NCBI GenBank assembly: GCA_030691735.1
Contig: JAUYDS010000118.1
Location: 21,536 to 85,535 of the forward strand
Length of the DNA: 64,000 nucleotides
Direction of reading: 5' to 3'
Source: Candidatus Aminicenantes bacterium
GTDB lineage: Bacteria; Acidobacteriota; Aminicenantia; Aminicenantales; UBA4085
Of the stretch, positions 46,653 through 55,772 are shown piece after piece (the first letter of the stretch is position 1; the number at the start of each line of letters is the position of its first letter). The position numbers were made by a program, and so were the translations under genes. The notes beneath the pieces were generated by a model. It made no database searches, had not been told where the DNA came from, and saw nothing but the letters and a program-made list of their open reading frames with translations.

Positions 46653-47036
46653 TTTCTTTTTCGAGGGAACCGTCAGCGTTTCCAGAGTATTCCCTTTTAT
46701 ATCAATAACTTTCAGGTCGATGGAGATGGCCGTCACGTCGGCCCGGATGAAGGCGTCCTGGGGACCACCAATGATGGGAAACGCGTTTTTCCCGGGCTCT
46801 GGATCGAACTTGAAAAGCCGGTGGTAATGGCCGGATATAGCTAAATCTATCCCGCCTTCGTTCAGGAGCGGCCCGTGGATGATGGCCGGCTTCGCCGCGT
46901 TCTGGAGATGGGCATGCAGGGGAGCGATGAGAGCGGAGATGATCAAGAGCCGGGCGATGGATTTCCAGTGGTCCGACATGGCGGCCGCCTTTCGTCGATG
47001 ACGTTCGAATCCTCGGGGGAACATTAACAAATTCAA
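46650..47036 (-). pseudogene. C-terminal fragment of a calcineurin-like metallophosphoesterase (possible gene remnant)
   Basis: Contains only the late GHYH (GHxH) motif region of metallophosphoesterases, ~110-128 aa; flanked on both sides by repeat families B and C. Confidence 0.4.
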
Positions 47037-47092
47037 GAAACGGGGTCAAACCGATGCGGCCCCAAGGCTGACCGTCGAACAGTTTCCAAGAC

Positions 47093-47200
47093 GAGGGGGG
47101 ACACGATACCCAGGAGAAAAGAATTTGTAGAGAATTCGCAGACACATACCGAATTCAGAGCGAAGCGAGGAATTCGGTATGTGTCTGCGAATTCCCCCCA
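47093..47200 (+). repeat. Repeat family C long hairpin (25-bp perfect inverted repeat GAATTCGCAGACACATACCGAATTC / GAATTCGGTATGTGTCTGCGAATTC)
   Basis: Perfect 25-bp arms with 13-nt loop, flanked by a G7/C7 outer inverted repeat; related to 41136 and 41411. Confidence 0.75.
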
Positions 47201-47332
47201 TGGTCTCCAACGGGGCAGGGAATCATGTCCCCGAAACTGTTCGACGGTCAGGCCCCGGGAGGCGATTGACATTTCTATATTCGACTATTATTATATAAAA
47301 AGTAGGAATTAACAATTCGAGGAGATACGCTC

Positions 47333-48178
47333 ATGAACGCGACGCGGACCATCCGGCAGGTCTTTTCCGGCCGGCCCACGCTCGAAGGGGCCGGCGTCCG
47401 GCTGAAAAGGATCTTCGGATTCAACGAGGTCCCCGTCTTCGATCCTTTTCTGATGATGGACGATTTCGGCGCGTCCGACCCGGAGGATTATGTCGCGGGA
47501 TTCCCCTGGCATCCGCACCGCGGGATCGAGACGGTGACATACATGCTCCACGGGACGGTCGAGCACGGGGACAGCCTGGGCAACAAAGGGACGATCGGGG
47601 ACGGCCAGGTCCAGTGGATGACGGCCGGCTGCGGCATCATCCATCAGGAGATGCCGCAGCCGCAGGAGGATTATCTCCGCGGACTGCAGCTCTGGGTAAA
47701 CCTTCCGGCCAAGAACAAAATGATGCCGCCCCGATACCGGGACATCCGGGCCGCCGATATCCCCGACCACAAGGACAAGAACGGGGTCAGGGTCAAAGTG
47801 ATCGCCGGCCGGTATAAGGACGCCATCGGTCCGGTCAAAGACATCGTCCGCGGCCCCGAATATCTGGATGTTCACCTGCCCGCCGGGAAACCGTTCGAGC
47901 ACGGCATCGCTCGAGGACAGACCGTCTTCGTCTACGTGCTCGAGGGCGAAGGCGCGTTCGACGCGGGAAAAAAGACGATCACGGCCGGACGACTCGCGCT
48001 TTACGGCGACGGCGAAAGGATCTCGGTCGAAGCGGGTCGGGATGGCGTCCGGTTCGTCTGCATTTCGGGACAGCCGATCGGCGAGCCCGTGGCCTGGGGC
48101 GGCCCCATCGTCATGAACATACAGGAGGAGCTGGACCTGGCCTTCCGGGAATACCGGAACGGGACGTTCATCAAATAG
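47333..48178 (+). CDS. Pirin family protein
   Basis: Cupin metal-binding motifs HPHRGIETVTYMLHG...H; ~280 aa. Confidence 0.88.
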   Translation: MNATRTIRQVFSGRPTLEGAGVRLKRIFGFNEVPVFDPFLMMDDFGASDPEDYVAGFPWHPHRGIETVTYMLHGTVEHGDSLGNKGTIGDGQVQWMTAGCGIIHQEMPQPQEDYLRGLQLWVNLPAKNKMMPPRYRDIRAADIPDHKDKNGVRVKVIAGRYKDAIGPVKDIVRGPEYLDVHLPAGKPFEHGIARGQTVFVYVLEGEGAFDAGKKTITAGRLALYGDGERISVEAGRDGVRFVCISGQPIGEPVAWGGPIVMNIQEELDLAFREYRNGTFIK

Positions 48179-48191
48179 GCCAGATTAGGGA

Positions 48192-48232
48192 CACAGACCG
48201 TAAGTGGACCTAGGTCCACTTACGGTCTGTGG
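48192..48232. terminator. Bidirectional hairpin between convergent pirin and GH28 genes
   Basis: Perfect 19-bp inverted repeat CACAGACCGTAAGTGGACC-TA-GGTCCACTTACGGTCTGTG. Confidence 0.6.
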
Positions 48233-49977
48233 ACATGTTTTGCTCGGGGAGGAATGTTATTGAGTTCGCGAACGGTGGACGGGCCGACCTCCGGTTCTAT
48301 TTTGACGGCCGATCGGGCCGGCCGGAAATCGTTGCCGCTGAGGACGATGTCGTTCGTCCGCCGACCCGAGAACCGGAAGAACTCATCTGTTCCCAGAGCG
48401 GCCCGGCAGTTCCGGACCAGAGCCCCTTCGACCTGATGGAAAAGCACCGCCGGCGCGGTCTTGGCTTTTTCTGTCGCGGCCTGGCGCCCCACAAACCCGT
48501 CCAATTCGAGGCCCTGGACCTCATCCAGGCACAGAGCGCTTTCCCACTTCGCGTATTCCAGGCCGTCCCAGACGATCTCGACGTTCCTCAGCTTGAGGTT
48601 CCGGGCCCATTTGAACGTCAGGGCGTGAACGGCCTTATCGTAAGGCGCGGCTGGGTCGTGGGCGATGAACAGCGTCACGTTGTCCATCGTGATCCCCTCC
48701 AGCCAGCTGTCGGGATGCCCGTTGCAGACGCTGGCGCCCTGGCCGCGGGCGATGACGTTGGTGATCTTCACGTTCCGGATCCGCCCGGCCGGCCGGTCGT
48801 CCTCTTTTTTCCAATTCTTGTGCACCTCGCTCCGTTTCTTGATGTTGAAATGGAACGGCTCGCCGTCGCCCCACCAGAACCAGGCATAGCGGACGCAGTC
48901 GATGGTCAGATTGGACAGGACGACGTTCTCCACCACGCCGCCGTCGAAGTTCATGAAGGAGATGCCGCGATTGGCCTTGGTGATCACGCAGTTGTCGATG
49001 GTGACGTTCCGGACCGCGTTCATGTTGCCGTCGCAGAACTTGATGGCGCTCGAGGCGGAGGAGAGGCGGCAGTTGGTCACGGTGATGTTCTCGCAGGGGA
49101 GGGCCGGGCCGAACCAGTTCATGGAATAAAAGACGAGCGCGTCGTCGCCGGTTTCGATGGTGCAGTTCGAGATGCGGAGGTCCCTGCAGCCGTCAGGATC
49201 GATGCCGTCGGCCCAGACGCCGTCCTTGAGGCTGGAGCGGATGAATACGCCGTCGATGACCGTCCGTTCACAGCCGTAGAGATGCATGGTCCAAGACGGG
49301 GAATCGATGAAATTCAGGCCGCTGATGCGGACGTCCCGGCAGCGCAGCAAAAGAACGAGCTTCCCGAACTGGTCCTCCTTGGGGAAGCTGCGGACGAGCG
49401 GTTTGCCGAGCTTTTCCATCTCGACCTGGTTCGGGTAAATGAAGTCGTCGTGAAAATCTCCCTTCGGCCGGTAAACATAGCCGCCCTGGCCGTCGATGGT
49501 GCCCCGGCCTTCCAGGCTGATCTGGGTCAGGTCTTCGCCGTAGAACAGGGCGTCCTTGTCGAACGCCGCTTTGTTTTTGATCGAATAGATCGTCGCCCCC
49601 GCTTCGACGAAGAAACGGACATGGCTGCGGAGATGGATCGTCCCCGTCGCATATTGCCCCGGCGGAACATAGACCTGGCCGCCGCCCGCCGCGGCGCAAG
49701 CGTCCACGGCGGCCGGGGCCCCGGGCTTTGCCCGGGGGTCCACTTCCGCCGTACTCGCCCGTGGATACAAGCCACGGGCGAGTGGCGAGCCGAAGGCTCG
49801 TCCCTTGACCGCCTTTTGGATCGCCGCTTGAGCGCTCCCGGCCTTCGTTCCCGTCGCCCCGAAGTCCCGGATGTTGAAGATTTTTTGGCCCGACTGGCCG
49901 GCGAGGGCGGAAGGAATGAAAACGATCCCTCCCCAAACGATGATCCCGATCATTCTTCTGGCGAGCACGGTTCTCAT
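48220..49977 (-). CDS. Glycoside hydrolase family 28 (polygalacturonase-like) secreted enzyme carrying an in-frame family A repeat insertion
   Basis: GH28 parallel beta-helix motifs (NFIDSPSWTMHL, DGIDPDGCRDLRISNC, TGDDALVF); signal peptide; 34 extra residues (VKGRAFGSPLARGLYPRASTAEVDPRAKPGAPAA) between the conserved AIQKA and VDACAAAGGG. Confidence 0.8.
   Translation of the reverse strand: MRTVLARRMIGIIVWGGIVFIPSALAGQSGQKIFNIRDFGATGTKAGSAQAAIQKAVKGRAFGSPLARGLYPRASTAEVDPRAKPGAPAAVDACAAAGGGQVYVPPGQYATGTIHLRSHVRFFVEAGATIYSIKNKAAFDKDALFYGEDLTQISLEGRGTIDGQGGYVYRPKGDFHDDFIYPNQVEMEKLGKPLVRSFPKEDQFGKLVLLLRCRDVRISGLNFIDSPSWTMHLYGCERTVIDGVFIRSSLKDGVWADGIDPDGCRDLRISNCTIETGDDALVFYSMNWFGPALPCENITVTNCRLSSASSAIKFCDGNMNAVRNVTIDNCVITKANRGISFMNFDGGVVENVVLSNLTIDCVRYAWFWWGDGEPFHFNIKKRSEVHKNWKKEDDRPAGRIRNVKITNVIARGQGASVCNGHPDSWLEGITMDNVTLFIAHDPAAPYDKAVHALTFKWARNLKLRNVEIVWDGLEYAKWESALCLDEVQGLELDGFVGRQAATEKAKTAPAVLFHQVEGALVRNCRAALGTDEFFRFSGRRTNDIVLSGNDFRPARSAVKIEPEVGPSTVRELNNIPPRAKHVHRP
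49703..49809 (+). repeat. Mosaic palindromic repeat element family A, copy 6 (inside the GH28 gene)
   Basis: TCCACGGCGGCCGGGGCCCCGGGCTTTGCCCGGGGGTCCACTTCCGCC-GTACTCGCCCGTG...CACGGGCGAGTGG-...GAAGGCTCGTCCCTTGAC. Confidence 0.85.
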
Positions 49978-50245
49978 CGCCCGGCCTCCTTGTTCAAAGG
50001 CATTGTCCCTATCATTGCGATGTCGCCGGCGGTTGTCAAGGCGGGGGCCCAATCCCGCGGCTCCGCCTCATTCATCCGGGGGATATGCGGCCCTGCCCTT
50101 GCTATTTGGATGCGAAATGCATAGAATTAATGGCAATTTTGAGAGTAGAAACGCTGGACCGATCGTTAAGCGCGAAGCGATATGATCACGTCTGACTTTC
50201 AAACTCTCAAAAGGATGTCATGTCGACTCGGGTGAGAGGTATAGT

Positions 50246-51334
50246 TTGAAGAGTCTGAACATCGGTGAATTGACGGCAAGGATCCCGATCATCCAGGGCG
50301 GTATGGGCGTCCGGATCTCTTTGTCCGGCCTGGCCGCGGCCGTAGCCAACGAAGGCGGCATCGGCGTCATCGCTACGGCCGGACTCGGCATGTTCGAACC
50401 GGATCTGTTCACGGCATTCCTGGAGGCGAACTCCCGGGCCCTGCGAAAAGAGATCCGTAAGGCCAGAGAAATGACCAAGGGCCTCTTGGGGGTCAATATC
50501 ATGGTGGCGCTGTCCAACTACGCCGAACTGGTCCGCACCGCCGTGGAGGAAAAGATCGATATCATCTTCTCCGGCGCGGGTCTGCCGCTGAACCTGCCGG
50601 AATTCGTCACGAACACCGGCGGGACGAAACTCGCCCCGATCGTGTCCTCGGCCCGGGCGGCCGGCATCATCATTCGCAAATGGTTTGGGAAATACGGCTA
50701 TCTCCCGGATGCATTCGTCGTCGAAGGCCCCTTGGCCGGAGGACATCTCGGCTTCAAAAAAGAACAGATCGAGGATCCCGGGTTCTCGCTGGAGAAGCTG
50801 ATCCCCGAGGTCATCGCCGAGGTGCGGCCCTACGAAGAGAAGCATCAGAGGAGGATCCCGGTGATCGCGGCCGGCGGAATCTATACGGGCGCTGATATCT
50901 GCCGCTTCATGAATATGGGCGCTTCGGGCGTCCAGATGGCCACGCGCTTCGTCTGCACGGACGAATGCGACGCCTCCGCCGAATTCAAACAGGCCTTCTT
51001 GGAATCCAAAAAGGACGACCTGGTCATCATCCAAAGCCCGGTCGGGATGCCGGGGCGGGCTATCCAGAACCAATTTCTCGAGGATGTCCGGGCCGGTATG
51101 AAAAAACCTTTCAGCTGCCCCTATCACTGCATCATCACCTGCAACCCGGAGACCAGCCCTTACTGCATCGCCCTGGCGCTCGCCAGCGCATGCAACGGAA
51201 AACTCAACCGCGGGTTCGCCTTCGCCGGAGCGAACGCCTACCGCTGTGATCGGATCATCTCGGTGCGGGAACTCTTTGCCGAACTCTCGGCCGAATATAA
51301 CGCCGCCGCCCAAACTCAAACGGCCCGGCTTTAG
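50246..51334 (+). CDS. NAD(P)H-dependent flavin oxidoreductase, nitronate monooxygenase / FabK-like family
   Basis: IIQGGMGV... TIM-barrel FMN-binding signature; GGHLG motif. Confidence 0.75.
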   Translation: MKSLNIGELTARIPIIQGGMGVRISLSGLAAAVANEGGIGVIATAGLGMFEPDLFTAFLEANSRALRKEIRKAREMTKGLLGVNIMVALSNYAELVRTAVEEKIDIIFSGAGLPLNLPEFVTNTGGTKLAPIVSSARAAGIIIRKWFGKYGYLPDAFVVEGPLAGGHLGFKKEQIEDPGFSLEKLIPEVIAEVRPYEEKHQRRIPVIAAGGIYTGADICRFMNMGASGVQMATRFVCTDECDASAEFKQAFLESKKDDLVIIQSPVGMPGRAIQNQFLEDVRAGMKKPFSCPYHCIITCNPETSPYCIALALASACNGKLNRGFAFAGANAYRCDRIISVRELFAELSAEYNAAAQTQTARL

Positions 51335-52383
51335 TGTTCGTGGCGGTGATGAACGTCCGGCCAGTGGCCGTGGACGTGGTCCAACTCTTCGTGCTCATGT
51401 TCGTGCGCGTGCGGCTCCGCCCCAGGCCCCTTGTGCGCGTGGAAGTGGTGTGAGTCGCCGTGTGTATGGGCATGTTCGTGGACGAGACGCTCATGACGGT
51501 GCCGGTGCGCATGTCTTTCGCTGATGATCAGAGCGACGCCGAGACCCATGAGGATTGCGCCCGGGACGAGGACCCAGCGGGCCGGCTCGGGCAGAACGAG
51601 GAGCGAGACCAGCGTGCCGACGAAGGGGGCGAAACTGAAGAAAGCCCCCGTCCGGAACGCCCCGATCCCTCGTAACGCCTTGATGAAAAAAACCAGGCTG
51701 AGGCCATAGCTGAACGCGCCGAGGACGAGTCCGGCCGCGGCCGCGACCCAGGAAGACATCTTCGATCCCAGGGCGATGGCCGTCCCCAGAGAAAAAACCC
51801 CCGCGGCCAGGCCTTTGATCCGGGTGATCTGGACCGGGCTCTTGTCCGAGATCTTGCGCATGAGATTGTTGTCGAGCCCCCAGCCTATGATGGCGGCCAG
51901 GACGAGAAGCGATCCGGTCACGGCGAATTCGTTCCGTCCGGGGTCCCAGCTTAGAAAAACGCCGGCGCAGGTCATGAAGACAAGAGCCAGCCAGATCCTC
52001 CGTCCCGCGCTTTCCTTGAAGATGAACACGGCGATCAGAGCCGTAGCGATCCCCTCCAGATTGAGGAGCAGGGACGCGGCATATCCGGACAACCGGTCCA
52101 GCCCGAACATCAGACAAACGGGCGCGACGATGCCGCCCGCCAGGATCGATCCGGCCAGCCAGGGCCAATCGTGTTTTCGCAGCGGAGGAGACGGATCTTC
52201 TTTGTTCTTGAGGAAAACTTTGTGGCCGATGGAATAGAGGGTCAAGCCGACCGATGCACCCAGATAGAGCAATCCGGCCAAAGCGAGAGGCGACAGGTCC
52301 TCGAGGAGCAGTTTGGAAAGCGGCGTGCTCAGACCGAACAGGACCGCGGAGGCGATGACATTAAGATAAGGGCGCTTACTCAA
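51331..52383 (-). CDS. DMT superfamily (EamA-like) transporter with His-rich C-terminal tail
   Basis: Ten TM segments; the C-terminal ~55 aa contain more than 20 His (HAHRHRHERLVHEHAHTHGDSHHFHAH...HEHEHEELDHVHGHWPDVHHRHEH). Confidence 0.7.
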   Translation of the reverse strand: MSKRPYLNVIASAVLFGLSTPLSKLLLEDLSPLALAGLLYLGASVGLTLYSIGHKVFLKNKEDPSPPLRKHDWPWLAGSILAGGIVAPVCLMFGLDRLSGYAASLLLNLEGIATALIAVFIFKESAGRRIWLALVFMTCAGVFLSWDPGRNEFAVTGSLLVLAAIIGWGLDNNLMRKISDKSPVQITRIKGLAAGVFSLGTAIALGSKMSSWVAAAAGLVLGAFSYGLSLVFFIKALRGIGAFRTGAFFSFAPFVGTLVSLLVLPEPARWVLVPGAILMGLGVALIISERHAHRHRHERLVHEHAHTHGDSHHFHAHKGPGAEPHAHEHEHEELDHVHGHWPDVHHRHEH

Positions 52384-52453
52384 TCCGTTGCCTACGGTCG
52401 ATTATACGAACGAAGGCCTCCGCGGGCAAGCGCGGGGTCAGCGAAAATAAAGC

Positions 52454-52482
52454 TTGCAATACCGACGGATTTCGCCTATACT
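52454..52482 (+). promoter_or_regulatory. Sigma70-like promoter upstream of the DEAD-box helicase (TTGCAA-17-TATACT)
   Basis: Good match to consensus with 17-nt spacer, ~120 nt upstream of the start. Confidence 0.45.
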
Positions 52483-52600
52483 CCCTTTCTAGACATCTGG
52501 TAGGAAATAGTCAAAACCGCTTATTCTTCCCTCCTCGAGAGATAGTTGAGTCTGACGAAGATCCCCCTTATTCTGGAATTTAAATTACAAAGGATTTGTG

Positions 52601-53869
52601 ATGTTATTCAATGAACTGAACTTGAACCCCAAGCTTCTGCGCGGAATCGCGGAGCGGGGTTATACCGAGCTGACGGCCGTCCAGGAACGGACCCTCGCCG
52701 TCACGCTACGAGGGCGCGACGCGGCCGTCCAGTCCCAGACCGGGACCGGCAAGACGGCGGCCTTTTTGATCACACTGTTCGAGAGCCTGCTCGGCGGCGA
52801 CGCGCAGAGATGGCGGAGCGCCTTGATCATCGTCCCGACGCGCGAGCTGGCCGTCCAGATCGAAGGCGAAGCGCGTCTCTTGAACCGCCACCTCGGTTTC
52901 ACCATCGGTTGCTTTTACGGCGGCGTGGGATACGAGCTGCAGCAGGATCTGCTCCGCAAGGGCGTGAACATCATCATCGGCACACCCGGCCGGCTGATCG
53001 ACCTTAGTGAAAAAGGGCTTATGAAGCTGAAAGAGGTCGGGCTCCTCGTCATCGACGAGGCCGACCGCCTGTTCGACATGGGTTTTCTGCCCGATATAAA
53101 AAAACTTCTGCAGAAGATGACCTCGCCCCGCGTCCGACAGAGCATGCTCTTCAGCGCGACGCTCAGCCGGATCTCGCGGAAGGTCGCCGCGGACCATATG
53201 AACCGTCCGGAGTTCATCGAGTTGACGCCCGAGAACCTGACCGTGGACACGATCACCCAGGAGCTCTACCACGTCAAGAGCCATATCAAGCTCAACCTGC
53301 TGCTCGGCATCCTCCGCAAGGAGAATCCGCGCAACGCCCTGATCTTCGTCAACATGAGGCACTCCGCCTTTAAACTGGCCAAAAAGCTCGAGATCAACGG
53401 CTTTCGCGCCCGCTATATCTCCGGGGACCTGCCCCAGGTCAAGCGGCTGAAGGTCATCGACGACTTCATGACCGGCAAGTTCGCAATCCTTGTCGCCACC
53501 GACGTCGCCGCCCGAGGCCTCCACATCGAAGGTCTGGAGATGGTCGTCAACTACGACCTGCCCCAGGACCACGAGAATTATGTGCACCGCATCGGCCGGA
53601 CGGCCCGGGCCGGGAACACGGGCAAGGCCGTCTCCCTCGCCTGCGAGAAGTATTCGGAGCACCTGTACGGCATCGAGAACTTCATCAAGATGAGGATCCC
53701 GGAAAAGACCGCGGGCCTCGATATGTTCGCCACGGACCGGAGCCTGGAATACGCGCCCGAAAAACGGGACCGCCAGGACGGGGGCAAAAGATTCGGGTCC
53801 GGCCGAGGGGATGGAAAGCGGCCCGAACGGTCCGGCCCGCGTTTCCAACGGCGCCCGTCCATGGCCTGA
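52601..53869 (+). CDS. DEAD-box ATP-dependent RNA helicase
   Basis: Q motif, AQSQTGTGKT (motif I), VIDEAD (motif II), SAT, HRIGRTAR (motif VI); basic Arg/Gly-rich C-tail. Confidence 0.9.
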   Translation: MLFNELNLNPKLLRGIAERGYTELTAVQERTLAVTLRGRDAAVQSQTGTGKTAAFLITLFESLLGGDAQRWRSALIIVPTRELAVQIEGEARLLNRHLGFTIGCFYGGVGYELQQDLLRKGVNIIIGTPGRLIDLSEKGLMKLKEVGLLVIDEADRLFDMGFLPDIKKLLQKMTSPRVRQSMLFSATLSRISRKVAADHMNRPEFIELTPENLTVDTITQELYHVKSHIKLNLLLGILRKENPRNALIFVNMRHSAFKLAKKLEINGFRARYISGDLPQVKRLKVIDDFMTGKFAILVATDVAARGLHIEGLEMVVNYDLPQDHENYVHRIGRTARAGNTGKAVSLACEKYSEHLYGIENFIKMRIPEKTAGLDMFATDRSLEYAPEKRDRQDGGKRFGSGRGDGKRPERSGPRFQRRPSMA

Positions 53870-53872
53870 CGT

Positions 53873-54982
53873 TCAGCGTTTCTTCAGTTCCGCGCAGCTG
53901 ATGCCGCGGGGATTGAAGCACTTGTTGCAGGAAATGCATTCCGATTTTCCAATCTCTCCCGCCCGGAATTTCTTGACCAGATAGGGCTCGCGGATGAACG
54001 GCCGGCTCAGGGAGATCAGGTCGGCCTTCCCCTCCCGGACGAATTTTTCCATGACGGCGAACGTCCGGTTCCCTCCGAGCCCGAAGACCGGGACGCGGAC
54101 CGCGCGCTTGACCGCCGCAGCGTTCTCCACGAAATAGCCTTCCTCATCCTCCGCTCTCAGCCCTTTCCAGACCGAGCCTTGGCCGGCCTCGGCCATGCCG
54201 CCGCTGACCTCGATCCCGTCGATCCCTTCGTTTTCGAGCCTCCGGGCGATCTCCACACTGTCCTCGAGATGGAGGCCGGTCGGAAAAAAATCGGTCGAAT
54301 TGAGCTTGACGATCAGCGGGAAATCCGGTCCGGCGATCCGTTTGATCCCCCGGACGATCTCGACGACGATCCGGGCGCGGCCGGCCGTGGATCCGCCCCA
54401 TTCGTCCGTCCGCCGGTTGGTGTGCGGCGAGATGAAGCTGCTGAGCAGATAGCCATGGGCGACGTGGAGCTGGGCGCCGTCGAATCCCGCCTCTCTCGCC
54501 CGCCGCCCGGCCTGGACGAAATCCCGGATGGTTCCCCGGATGTCCGCGTCCGTCATCTCGCGCGGCGTGGTCTTGACCGTCGGATCATAGACGGCGGAAG
54601 GGGCCATGGGAGTGCAGCCGCACAGCTTTTCCTTGGTCTGGCGGCCGGCGTGGGCGATCTGAAGGAAGATCTTGGTGGGGAAGGGGCGGACAGCTTCGGT
54701 GATCCTCCTCAGTCCTTCGACGAACCGGTCGTCGTAGACCCCGGTCTGTTTGGGGCTGGCCTTGCCGTTCGGGTTCACGTAGGCGTGTCCGGTGATGATC
54801 AGCCCGACCTCGCCCTCGGCCAGGCGCCTGTAGAGCTCGACGTGGCGGTCGGTCGCCGTCCCGTCGTCCTCGGCCATGAACTCGTGCGTGGCCGAGCGGA
54901 CGAACCGGTTCGCGACCAATAGCCCTCCGATCCTGATCGGCGCGAAAAGAACGGATTGTTCGTTCGATCTAATCATTGGCAT
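53873..54982 (-). CDS. NADH:flavin oxidoreductase (Old Yellow Enzyme family)
   Basis: OYE TIM-barrel motifs (RFVRSATHE, LQIAHAGRQ, GFDGAQLHVAHGYLL). Confidence 0.85.
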   Translation of the reverse strand: MPMIRSNEQSVLFAPIRIGGLLVANRFVRSATHEFMAEDDGTATDRHVELYRRLAEGEVGLIITGHAYVNPNGKASPKQTGVYDDRFVEGLRRITEAVRPFPTKIFLQIAHAGRQTKEKLCGCTPMAPSAVYDPTVKTTPREMTDADIRGTIRDFVQAGRRAREAGFDGAQLHVAHGYLLSSFISPHTNRRTDEWGGSTAGRARIVVEIVRGIKRIAGPDFPLIVKLNSTDFFPTGLHLEDSVEIARRLENEGIDGIEVSGGMAEAGQGSVWKGLRAEDEEGYFVENAAAVKRAVRVPVFGLGGNRTFAVMEKFVREGKADLISLSRPFIREPYLVKKFRAGEIGKSECISCNKCFNPRGISCAELKKR

Positions 54983-55169
54983 TTCCTTGTCGCGCGGCTG
55001 ATCCCCCTCTTTGCCGCCTCTGAAAAGAGGCCGTGAGGGCTGCCGACGTCGCTATTTCCGGCTTATTTTATTGAAAATCGACCGAAATTGATACCGGAAT
55101 TCCCGGAACGGCTTGAATTGGCCCGATTTTCGCTGTATTTTAGCCTGGAATGCAACGATTTTTTGATCC

Positions 55170-55772
55170 TTGGGGTTTTTGACTATGAAGATGGACGAGC
55201 AAGAACTGATCGGCCGGATTCAGGCGGGCGACGAGTCCGCCTTCGCCGAGATCGTCCATATTTACAAGGACAAGATCGTGAATTTTTTATATCAGGTGAC
55301 GGGCGATTACCAGAGGGCCGTGGACCTCTCCCAGGAGACCTTTCTCCGGGTCTATTTCAAGGCCCATAAATACAAGCCCATCGCCCCGTTCTCGTCCTGG
55401 GTCTATGCGATCGCCTCGAACCTGGCCAAGACGGATCTAAAGAAAAAGTACCGGATGAACCAGGTCTCTCTCGACGACGTCCAGTACAGTGTCGAGGTCA
55501 GCACGCCGAGCGAGGAAAAGGCGGATTCCGGGCTGGTCCGGAACCTCCGCCAGGCGCTCGACGTTCTCAGCCCGCGATACCGCATCCCCGTCGTCCTCAA
55601 GGACATGGAGGGCTATTCGCAGGAGGAGATCGCCCGGATCATCAACCGGCCCATCGGGACGGTCAAGGCCAGGATCAGCCGGGGCCGGACCATGCTCAAG
55701 AAACAACTGGAGAAAGCGACGAGAGAGAATCCGACCTTCCAAAAAAGGGAGATCTTCGATGGACGATATTAG
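55170..55772 (+). CDS. RNA polymerase ECF-type sigma factor
   Basis: Region 2 (SQETFLRVYFKAHKYK...FSSWVYAIA) and region 4 (SQEEIARIINRPIGTVKARI). Confidence 0.85.
   Translation: MGFLTMKMDEQELIGRIQAGDESAFAEIVHIYKDKIVNFLYQVTGDYQRAVDLSQETFLRVYFKAHKYKPIAPFSSWVYAIASNLAKTDLKKKYRMNQVSLDDVQYSVEVSTPSEEKADSGLVRNLRQALDVLSPRYRIPVVLKDMEGYSQEEIARIINRPIGTVKARISRGRTMLKKQLEKATRENPTFQKREIFDGRY

Noticed and set aside
5670-49809. Possibility that the repeated palindromes form a CRISPR array
   Set aside because: Copies are irregularly spaced (kilobases apart), differ in length and module content, and are not separated by unique spacers of uniform size. No cas genes are in the window.
48229-50124. 631-aa plus-strand ORF opposite the GH28 gene
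   Set aside because: Antisense artefact; the minus strand carries canonical GH28 motifs.
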